Part shown: in pieces, positions 52,507 through 64,000 of the stretch | Layout: each line of letters starts with the position of its first letter | Numbering within the stretch: the first letter of the stretch is position 1 | Program-made: the position numbers and the translations under genes | The notes under the pieces: generated by a model | The model's database searches: none | The model's input: only the letters and a program-made list of their open reading frames with translations | Told to the model about the DNA's origin: nothing | From: Tubulanus polymorphus | Lineage: Eukaryota > Animalia > Nemertea | Length of the DNA: 64,000 nucleotides | NCBI RefSeq assembly: GCF_964204645.1 | Contig: NC_134034.1 | Span: 8,320,962-8,384,961, forward strand | Direction of reading: 5' to 3'

Positions 52507-55500
52507 ATCGCGTCCGTGTCCCGCGCGTCGCGCATCCAAGCAACGGTCCTTATCAGGACCACTTCAACTTCCCAGAAAGGGCCAGTACTGACCTCGCCTG
52601 CCTCGCTTATTGCTTCGGTGATCACGATGATATAATTTCGTTGTTGTTGTTGTTTGTTGTTGTTGTCGTTGTTGTTTTATCATCAGCGTGTACGGGGGGT
52701 ATATACGTTATCAAGGCGTTGGCCCGCGTACGATCCCAGTTCCAATTCTCATCGGCTTTCGCGGCGTCCACAATGAAAAACTGTGTGTGTTATGTACATT
52801 ACATTTATTAGTAGGGCGACATTCGTCAGGCGTGTTTACATATGTACCCGGTATTTATTTCTCTTCTATTCCCCCGACACCGACGACGGCAACAGCAAAA
52901 AGAAACGTGCAAAACAAGACAAACAAGCAATGCAGGGTTCAATACATGCAGCCCCTCAAATCCCCGAAGAACCCCTCAAATTCCAAAATTCGTTTGTTAG
53001 GGATGGAACAAACTCCCTCAAATTCATCTTAGTTTTAGTCGTCGCTCAAATTCAGAAAACCGCTGCATTGGCATTTTATACTGCATTGTCTTGGTAGCCT
53101 GGCTGGGTTAGTTAGAATCAATGGTAATAAGTGGGGGCTATAGGCCTCGTTATCATCCCCGTAAAGTGTCCAAACTAACTTTCTCAATTATTTTGGAAGG
53201 TTTATTCGATTGCGAAGAGTCATTTTGACACATTTATCCAGGAGTTCAGAAAAACGGGGCCCTACGTACTTGAGCTGAATGTCGATATGGCGAGAGTTAT
53301 TCTTACAAAATGCCGAAATCGGCAATTTTTCAAGTTGGTTGCTTAAAGAAGGACTCAAATTTAAAAACAAACATTCGGTATTCGTCAAAATGTTCCGTTT
53401 GCGACGGAATGTTTTCCGGCAGCTTTTCGTCGAAACAATGCTCTTCAGTCGGGATTGGGCCCCGGCTATCCTAGACGAGTTCTTTCACCCAAAATCAAGT
53501 TGAACGGTTTAGGCCCTAATTAGTATATGGCATATAGTCGAATGTTGATAAGGTTATTCGATTCATTGGCGCCTAAATGCATTTCGCTAATTCTGATAAG
53601 TATTGTACTGGTACTGTGTGTTTTATGTATCGGTTAGGTTTTCGTCGCGAAATATGACCCTCAATTTGGCGGTCACACCCTGAAAAACCGCTCAAATGCC
53701 CGTCACATTTCATAGCGATTGTCCTGTAGGAACCCCGTGCAATAACACCTTTCGCGTAGGACTATTTCCTTTCATAAAACACGATCATGCATCTTTTTGC
53801 GGCCCTGCAACGAAAGTCGTATAATATGCCTGCTTTCGAAATTACGTATATCGACATCGTTTTTAGCACGATTGCCTCCACCCACATCGTACAGCTATTC
53901 AAGACGTGTACGACATCATCATCGGCAGTACCGTCCTATATACTAGAAAGTAGTTACGCGCATATTTATACATAATTTCTATTGTAGATGTAAATGCGGG
54001 ATTAAATCAGAACTAAATTTAAAGCTGAGGTATTCAACGAGACTCCAGTAGACAGGAAACCGGCAAGGCAGCCATTTTTCTTTTCTATCAAAATGATTTA
54101 ACCTGGTAGAAGTCATCTGCATCTATATTCTACTGTAACTCTTTCGGCAACCACATACAATGTCCTTGGACGATTTGTGGATAATTTGTCATGTTATTTT
54201 GTATGATTATGTATACAGAATGTCAGATCTATATATGGTTAAAAAAAAACAAACAACATCATCGGCACCAGTAGATTGTGTCAATCGCCGAGCGAGATCT
54301 CCAGGGCTAGTTTATTTAGTACACCGATTTAGTCCCTTTTTTCGTTGTGTGAATGATGGCGGGTTCGCATCGCACGCGCGCGGCACCGGTATATTGCGCG
54401 ATTCCCGGCGTAACCGCGCCATCGTGGGACGCACCGACAATACGTGCATGCAGTGCGGATAGCTATTTATTCATTTATTTACTACAGGATAGCAAATAGC
54501 TCGAAACTTCTATCAAAAACTTTCTTTCATAAAACACGATCATGCATCGTTTTGCGGCCCTGCAACGAAAGTCGTATATATGCCTTTCGAACTTACGTAT
54601 CGACATCCTAACCCTAACCCCAACCCTAACAGCGAGTTAATGTAAATCCATGCAATGATCTTAAAAAAAAATCACACACATTATACAATCAGCTATTATC
54701 TTAGAACATCCCAATGCTGTGAATGTCTACGCTTAGATTGATATCAGTTAATTGCAGACATGTTACGTGTGTGGTGGCGATTCGATGGTATTTTGAATAG
54801 AGAGTGCGGTTTTAAGGACGAGGACATCATTAATTTTGAGGACATCGAGATTTTTGGAGTATAGTGCGTCGGTGTGTGAGCAGGTTAGCGGTAATAATCC
54901 CCTAGGTCAAAAAAGCCCATCGGTAAAAATCCCCAATACTTCCAAAAGTAGGTACAAATCCCCCTCTTTTTGAATGGAGTGTAACGTCAATTAATTTCAT
55001 ATTAATATATCATATATCGCCGTTGAACTCAATAAGGATATATCATGACCAAACAAACTATATAGTATACACTATTTGCGCATTATAACATACTAAAAAT
55101 TAACAGTAGTTCATTAGTACTAAATTCGCACTTAAAGTTAACGCGCGCAGCTTAATGAAAGGGTTCATTGCACATTTCAAATATATCACACTAGCATGAA
55201 TCTTATGACATTTCATTTTGAAAGTTCATTACTTCTGATCATTCATTCATGGCATCGCACAGCTGAAATATACCACGAGTTATCAAGCGTCCACAGTTCA
55301 AAACTAATCCAGTTCGAATTGTAAGATATATTGCATTTAAAAAGTTCATCATTGTCATTAGTTATTACAAGTTGTTTCCTTCTAAACAGTTTACTAAATA
55401 AGAATTTATCGACGGCTGTGCAAACATAATTCAGTCTCAATTGCGAATGAATACGCTGCAAAAGCACCATCTTGCTTTGAAATGTTCCTGAAAATCACCA

Positions 55501-56522
55501 AGTCGGCGTTTTACCTACTTTTGAATATTCGGGGATTTTTACCTATAGGGTATTTTTTTCCTGGTTTTTGTTTTGTTTTGTTTTGTTTTACCTACAACCG
55601 GGTGAGGGCAGTGTGTGATTACAGTTGGTCGAATATGCAATTTTTGTCGGAAATGAGCTGAACATAGTACCATAAAAATCGAAATTTTTTGAAGTTTTAT
55701 GTCTGAAAGTCTGGTATTGATTGGACTGCTAATTACTTAAATACTCTCTGTAATTGATTACTTAATATGGGTTTTCTTCCTTTTTTATTTTTGGCAAACC
55801 GTCGAATATCCATAAATATCCATATATGGGCATGTATATCCGTCGAATATGGAGAATGAATTGAATTATTACACAGCGAACCGTCGAATATGCGTCGAAT
55901 ATGGAACATTATTTATATGATTATTTTTGGTGAACCGTCGAATATGCGTTGAATATGGTCACTCCATCTGAAATGGTTTTTCCGGACCCCGTCGAATACG
56001 GTGACCCCTTTTTTCAGTTCAAAAATGTTGGTAACTATCAGTGATTTTCGGTATTAGCTTGTTTGATACGCTAATACAGTATCTAAATCAACTTATTGTG
56101 ACTTAATATCCGAGATAAATGAATCTGATATCGGAAACGAGAGTGACAAAAAAGTTCAAAATTTCAAATTGATTTTTCTCAGTTTCGATAAAAGTGCATA
56201 TTCGACGGTTCGCCAGAAACCCAGCGAATTTCTCAAAGCACTACGGCATAGGAACGACACCGACAGGGATACGGTGGCCGAGTCGCGCGAAGCACTGCCG
56301 ACATAGGCGACCTATGCAGCTTGTGCTTTGAATGACATAGAGAGCGTAGTGTCGGAGCGGCGGACCCTATGCAGCCTGTGCTTCGAACGGCATAGTACGC
56401 GTAATGCTTCGGCGATGTACGAGTGCATAGGAGGGCTATGCACGACACTACATACGGCGTCGTATAAAGCGCATCGGCGCTCGGGTCGGGCTATCATTCG
56501 TACATTCGACTCGTCGTTGTGA

Positions 56523-56882
<360 letters not shown>

Positions 56883-57598
56883 GCAGCTCAGCCCAGCGCG
56901 CAGCGGTCGCGGCCGCGGCGCCTGAGAAAACAACAACACGGTCCTTATCAGGACCACTTCAACTTCCCAGAAAGAGCCAGTGGTAGTGCGCTGACCCGGT
57001 GCCTCGCTTTTTGCTTCACACCCTCGCCCATATGTTATTAACGTAACGTGCCCTTGTTGTCGGTGTATGTCGGACACGATGGCTAAACGGTCCGAATTAA
57101 TTTCGAGGGATTAATCACGCGTACATCATACGTACGTACATACACATACACATACACACACACATAGGTACACGGATAATAGTAATTTTAATGTTGATTG
57201 ATAAATACGTAATTGCGTTTGTTTTCGGTGTTTTGTTGAAGTTTTTTTTCGGCCCCCGCTTTTCGCGGGTGCGATCGATTGATCGTTAATGACTTTGATT
57301 TTGGGTCGGGCGATGAAAAAAAGCCAGTGCAGAAGGAATTGTAGTACGCATGTATGGTTTCGCAAACACGAGTACTTCTGAATATATAGGACATCATTCG
57401 GGGTATTTTACATATCGAAGCACTTTACTTTCTATAGGCGATTGAAATTAAAAATCGAATCAGTTATTTAGGGCCTATGCGAGGGGAAAACACACGCCGG
57501 GCGATTAGATTCGAGCTGGACAATTGAAAGTTGGCGCGCATAAATGAATATAGGCCTACAGTACGTACACACGGTACCTCAACTCGGTCTTAATACGT

Positions 57599-57633
<35 letters not shown>

Positions 57634-58509
57634 TAGAAGGAACCATCGTTTTTATATCCGTTCTTTTTTTGTAACGCGTCTGGCGCTGTATCGATTGTCA
57701 CCATCGAAAAACGACTAAGCTTCGTCGTCAACCGACCGATTTGGGTCGTCGTCCGAGATAAAATAAGAAAGAATCCGATCCATTGCACGAAGTATGTATC
57801 GTAGACCTATGGACCTATAGCTAACGATAGTGCAGTGGTCTCTTTAGTTTCTCTTGTAATGTAATCGCGCGCGACGGCGAGCCGAGTCTCATTTCGTCGT
57901 AAATGGCGATGGCATTATTTTATGTAATTCTATGTAAACGGCCTTATTTCTATGTAGCTAGCTGCCTGCCTGCCGCGGCTTATTGCGGCTCGGGGGTGGG
58001 TGTGGTTACTGCGAGGCCGGCCGGTCGCACGAACGACTCGGATCTGCTGCGTGCAGTACGCTTTGATCGTGATTTTTCGAGATCAGCTTTGAAGCTAATA
58101 GAACTTCATCGTCTCCGTGTATGTATATATATATATATATATATGTATACGGGATTTTTCCGATTACATGCTTTCCATTAATTCGATCGCTCGCGCCGCC
58201 GCGTGTCTGCTCTGGGGAGTGTGGAATGACCTATCTTTTCTCGGAGAGAAAAATATACGTCAAACCATGGCCACAGCTAGCTAAATGATCGATAAGGCCT
58301 AAATACCTAACGCACTTTTTTCAACGGCGATGATGGCATTGATTTATAAAACACCGGCCAGCTTCAAAAATGTAATTGACAATAGAGATAAACTAGAGTG
58401 GCCAATGACAACGTAATGATGAAACCATATTCCGCAACGTTGTTGCCGGCGGCCCCCGCCGTTTTGTTAAGTTACTTCATGCGAATTGTTCGGCGCGCCG
58501 ATGACGATT

Positions 58510-58555
<46 letters not shown>

Positions 58556-59654
58556 TGATGTATATAGGTTCATCCGTATTTTACGCCGCCGTTTTTAAAC
58601 ACCATACATATTCATTCGTGTGCATGGTTGGGATGCGCGCGTTTAATCGCATTTCATCGATCCTGTCTGCATCGCGCGCGGCGGATAGATTTTTGTTCGT
58701 TTGTCAACAACTCTGATTACAAACGTTCATACCGTGTCAACAAGAGTTTTCAGTTAGGCCTACAACAACGTACGCGTACGTGTGCAAATTTCGTTTCTCG
58801 CATTTATTAATGAGCAGTAATTGACTATACGACACGACGCCGCAGTTGTACGTCGATTAGTCGCGCGTCGAATATTATGAGAAAAAAACAATTCGAAGTT
58901 TTGAACATTTTTGTCGCCCCTCTCTTTTTTAATTCATTTGTTTATTTCCTGAATATATGATATATAAACTGATGCAAAATAACAGCAGGGTAACACGCAT
59001 TTTCCGACACATATCAGGTAGGTCCATTTAGCGTGGAAGTTAAGCAACGGTGGCCTGCCTGTCTGACTTGGGTACCTTATTAGGTTTTTGCCTTCAACGC
59101 TATCCGATATTGACACTGCTACAATACATGCGATTTTACTGATTGCTTTCGAATTAATAAACCTATATTCATTTATTTATTTATTCGCTTATTTACTTAT
59201 TTATCCGTTGAGAAATAATTCCTCATAATTTAGGCCCTAATTCGCTTACGTAATTGCGACTGCGCGGGTTCAAATTGGCCGTTGATTAATTCAGTTTAGC
59301 GCGAAGATATGTGATCATATCATCGTTTCTATGACAGACATCGGTGTGTAATAATAGGGATGGGAGATGATAGCCTATGGCATGGCATGTGAGCAAAAAA
59401 CGATCACGGATATCGGCGTACATCGCTGTGGTGAGGGAAGGTAGTGTATTTATTTACATCGAACGAAACGCGTCGATCGCGGCCGCCGGCTGCTCCCGGC
59501 GCTTCACTTCCTTTATTCAAATAGCCGGCCGACCAATCGGCGCCCGACTATGCGAGCCAATCGCGTTCGCGCAGCGCGCCGACCGAGCGTCGATAAACCG
59601 GCCGGCGACACTATAGTCGTACTATTGTAACGTTACATCGTTCGCTCTAGTTGA

Positions 59655-60077
<423 letters not shown>

Positions 60078-61793
60078 GTCGGACGACTATACGCGTCGTC
60101 GCATAATTGTAGACAACACTTACGGTCCTTCTCAGGACCACTTAAAACTCCCAGAAAGAGCCGGTGTGTTTTGCCTGCCTCGCCTCGCTTTTGCTTCCCC
60201 TCGGTTCCTCTTGCATTGTTGAGAAATTGGCGACAAGAAAAAACAAAAACAAAAATCAATCACTCGCCAATGCAATAATGCTACGTATTTATTAGGATCG
60301 CGTCGGTTGTCGTGCCTGTGCGCTGTGCGGGCCTCCGTTTAACAATATTTATACTCGGCCCGTTGTATGTAGTAGGTACGTGGTGATCGTTTGTATTACT
60401 AGAAAACGCGAACGTGTTTCGCTTCTTTTTTTGTTGGTCCGGCCGCCGATTGTAATCGATTATTATTCTTCGCTGCATTTGGCGCACGAAACAAGACGCC
60501 TCGGGTGAACCCGACGTCAAACCTACGTTCGGTCGGTTTTGCCGTGCCGCGACTATTTCGACGTCGGTTCGCGCAAAAACGATCCATCTTTTTCCCCGGC
60601 TTGCTGTCTCGCTGTATTATATACGATCTGTTCTGGCAGAATAAATGATACGGAATGGTGAAATTCAGAGCGCCCAAAACTATGCGTCGACTGATAAATC
60701 GATACAAAACTCAACATATAGAATTCCTTCGCCATATACGAGCCGAAGCATCAATCGCCGGTTTTAACCGCACTGAATCAATCCTCTTGAGGAAACTGCA
60801 TTCGTGTTGGTTTGTTTTAAGTTTTTCAGTCGTAAGTTTTTATCTTCCGCTTTTAATTGTCTAGCGACAAAAGTTTCGAGGAGTCGGCATTACTAGAAAT
60901 CTTACGTCGGTTATCCCAGTTTTGAGCGTCGTATCGGCCCCCCTCGGTCGCCTAAGACGACAGACAGGCTGCGTGCGTGCTGCGTAATCAGGATTATTAG
61001 GGGGTGTCTGTCTGGTGGTCGTGCCACAAATTCCCAAGGCCATTTGTTTCCGAGGTTGTAGGCGTTCAAATTGCCATTCTCATTTCGATCCGAGTATAAT
61101 ATTATACGATGCATAATATCAGAAGACAATTTGTTGCCGTTTCAAAGTTTGGCCCGAGATTTTATCATTCGACATTTCACCGTTCATACCAACGGGTATC
61201 GGCCTAGTGCGCCGCGTACAAACATGTTTGTGGTTGACATTTTTTTCTCGGCAGTTTAATAATGCATTTCATAAAATTTCAATTGCATTTCCTCGAAAAT
61301 TGATATATACGCACACAGAGATTCGCGCTTGTTGCTCTCTGCTCCTCAGTCGGTTAGTTATAGCGCGCTATTTAATAATTACAGCGCGTCACATTCTATG
61401 TAATCTGATATGTATTGTTCTTCAACGGGACTCGCATGTTTCGTGTGTAGGCGCGCGTATTTCTTTCAGTCATTTTTTTCAAGTAACGAAGACAACGACC
61501 CGGACAAAATCAAGAAGAAACCCGTCAGTCACAAAATCCACAAAACAAATAAATAAACCAACAAAAACGAAACAAAAAATCAACGCGTACTACATACATA
61601 TATAGACAATAATTACGTACGACGAGTCGAGTCGAGTCCTCGGTCGGTACGGTACGCAGGGTAAAAGGCGAAGCAAAGCGAGGCGACGGGAAAGCGCAAA
61701 AACTGGCCCTTTCTGGGAATTTGAAGTGGTCCTGATAAGGACCGTTGGTTGATGCCCGATGGCGTAGGTACACACGCGCGCACGTAGCGCCGT

Positions 61794-62165
61794 TTACTTC
61801 GAACCGGTGTACTTGGTGACGGCCTTCGTACCCTCGCTGACGGCGTGCTTGGCCAGCTCTCCCGGCAACAGCAGTCTGACGGCGGTCTGGATTTCCCGAC
61901 TGGTGATGGTCGATCGCTTGTTGTAGTGCGTCAGGCGTGACGCCTCGGCGGCGATCCTCTCGAAGATATCGTTGACGAAGCTGTTCATGATGCTCATGGC
62001 CTTCGCGGAGATTCCCGTGTCGGGGTGAACTTGCTTCAACACCTTGTAAATGTAGATGCTGTAGCTTTCCTTTCTTCTCTTCCTCCTTTTCTTGTCACCG
62101 GTGTGAGCGGCTTTAGCCTTGGTGGCTGCCTTCTTGGCACCTTTGCTTGAAACTTTCGGCGGCAT
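61794..62165 (-). CDS. H2B: Histone H2B (unit 3; CDS intact, separated from its TATA box by the LINE insertion)
   Basis: Identical protein. Upstream homology with the other units ends 39 nt before the ATG. Confidence 0.97.
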   Translation of the reverse strand: MPPKVSSKGAKKAATKAKAAHTGDKKRRKRRKESYSIYIYKVLKQVHPDTGISAKAMSIMNSFVNDIFERIAAEASRLTHYNKRSTITSREIQTAVRLLLPGELAKHAVSEGTKAVTKYTGSK

Positions 62166-62204
62166 GACGACTGTGCGTTAGCGAATGCGAAATAACACCG
62201 GCGC

Positions 62205-64000
62205 AGCAGCAGCAGCAGCAGCAGATAGAAAAAGACAAACGCGCGGAGCGCGTTTTTAATGCTCGAGAGTGGTGGCCACTCTCCTACATTCAGGACGCGT
62301 AGGTGCATGATTATTTGCTTGATATGATGATAGGTATATGAGTTGAACTATTATGAGATGAACTAAGGGGGATGTGGGTGGTGTGATAATTGTGTGAGTG
62401 TGAAGGTACTGGTGGAAGGATTCAAACAAAGGTACATACAGAACGGACAGTTTTTATTATTTAGGCGTTTTTGTTTGGTTCGGTCCTTATCAGGAGTTTG
62501 TTAGTGATTAATTATAATATTTTTTTTTTTTTTTTTTTTTTTTTCTATAAATAGTGATTAATATAATACGTATATATCACAAGAGTCTATGATATAATAT
62601 ATGGTAGATATATATGTATATAATATGATACACAAAAATAGTGATTTTCCTCCGTTAAGGGGAGTCGCGATATAGTTAGAATACTTTGTCAATTACTATA
62701 TACAAAACTTATAATTTCTTAGATATGATAATAAAGTATATAGTTATACTGCATATAGTTCGGTTCACGTGACGTGTTGTGTAAGGAGTAGCGACCTAGA
62801 TACGGGCTACCTATATAGTTCTTGTAACACAAAGAAATCTTCCATTCAATTCTCCGACTACGCGGGTGTCGGTTCGTAGTAGAGTACACGCTATAGAGTT
62901 ATAGAATTGACTTAAACGCTTCCACGATGTCTGAAGACGGCCATGGACTCGAAATATCGTAAAAGACACTCCTTAGTATCGGGTTATTTCGGTTGGAATT
63001 TAGGTAATTTTTCGTTAAGAGTTTAAAGCGCTGTTCCACAGTTTCTATTCGAGCTTGTTTATGTAGGTCTGCCGTTCTTGTATGGCGCGGTTGGCCTAGA
63101 ATGATTCGTAAGCATTTATTTTGGTGTATTTGAAGGCGGTCTAACTGACTACATGGGCAAGTTACCAGTATCGGAGCTCCGTATTCATAGATTGATCGAA
63201 TGAGTAATTTAAAAGCAGTGAGTATGTATTCCATTTTTACGCGGTTTCGTTTCAAAATAGCTAGTATTCCAGTTCTTTTATTTGCCTTAATTAATCTCTC
63301 TGTTATTTCCAGATTCCAGCGTAAATTAGACGAAAAAGTAATTCCGAGGAATTTGGTAGAATTTGATAGTGGTATTTGTTGGCCGTGAACAGTGTGCTCA
63401 GTGTATGGGTCGGTATTTATTAGGCGACTAAAGTGTATACTAACACATTTAAGCGCGTTTACTTTTAGCCTCCACATGTCACTCCATTGAGTTAGTTTGT
63501 CTATCGATTTTTGATGGAGATTTTCGATTGTTTTAGTTTTTACATTGTGCGTGTTCCATAGACTCATATCGTCTGCGAACAATGACGATTGACTATAATG
63601 ACTAGCTTTAATTGTATCCGAGGGAAAATCGTTTATATAGATGATGAAAAGTGTCGGCGAGAAAATCCCTCCTTGAGGGACTCCAGCGTTTATTTGCCTT
63701 GGCTGGCTAATACACCCTTCATTAGCGACTTTAAAAGTTCGACCCTGTAGATAGTTTTTAAGTAAGAGCTTAAAGTTGGTTGGAATAGATAAATGATTAA
63801 TTTTGTAGATAATTCCGTCGTGCCAAAGTTTATCGAACGCTTTCTCTAGGTCGAAAAATGTAGCACGCGTGCATTTCCGACGTTTTAGGCCTTTAGCGAT
63901 ATCATGAGACATTTTTAATATTTGATCTATGGTCGAATGTCCTTTTCGAAAACCAGCTTGTATTTCGGTAAAGAAGTTGGTATTTTCTAAGTAATCTGTT
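62205..64000 (-). mobile_element. Non-LTR retrotransposon (Jockey/I-group-like), 3' portion, with (CTG)7 tail
   Basis: RT ORF, ~700-bp 3' region, twin terminal hairpins and (CAG)7 on plus at 62204-62224. Continues beyond the window. Confidence 0.92.
62899..63999 (-). CDS. LINE ORF2 reverse transcriptase, C-terminal part (5' partial)
   Basis: The frame is open to the window edge: QAGFRKGHST, FFDLEKAFDKLWH, GVPQGGIFSPTLFIIYIND, LFADD, KFLGITF. No RNase H domain is seen. Confidence 0.95.
   Translation of the reverse strand, partial: TDYLENTNFFTEIQAGFRKGHSTIDQILKMSHDIAKGLKRRKCTRATFFDLEKAFDKLWHDGIIYKINHLSIPTNFKLLLKNYLQGRTFKVANEGCISQPRQINAGVPQGGIFSPTLFIIYINDFPSDTIKASHYSQSSLFADDMSLWNTHNVKTKTIENLHQKSIDKLTQWSDMWRLKVNALKCVSIHFSRLINTDPYTEHTVHGQQIPLSNSTKFLGITFSSNLRWNLEITERLIKANKRTGILAILKRNRVKMEYILTAFKLLIRSIYEYGAPILVTCPCSQLDRLQIHQNKCLRIILGQPRHTRTADLHKQARIETVEQRFKLLTKNYLNSNRNNPILRSVFYDISSPWPSSDIVEAFKSIL

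Overview
Eukaryotic genomic DNA from an invertebrate; a marine lophotrochozoan is my inference from the histone 3' signals and repeat families. 1-33 kb holds single-copy genes among transposon relics: a two-exon Gal-3-O-sulfotransferase-family gene (1754-3451), an intronless protein kinase ORF (5017-6453), and a complete 16-exon PLAT+lipoxygenase gene (6997-21958, 671 aa, exon phases checked by hand). It also holds many MITE/foldback elements, Penelope relics and an intact Merlin/IS1595-type transposase (31100-32143). From 33385 the window is a tandem array of a ~10.2-kb H1-less core histone unit (H4>, H3>, <H2B, H2A>): two complete copies and a third interrupted at 62204/62205 by a Jockey-like non-LTR retrotransposon that runs off the window end. 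The most unusual observations are as follows. (1) The LINE sits between the H2B TATA box and the predicted start site, in the same orientation as H2B, and its 3' UTR carries a 15-nt exact copy of this organism's histone stem-loop. (2) Three histone stem-loops have a non-canonical UAUC loop. (3) All four histone genes share a second conserved downstream motif, GCCTCGCT(W)nGCTTC, beyond the HDE. (4) The H4-H3 spacer contains a weak U7-snRNA-like candidate and a possible decayed 5S rRNA relic.
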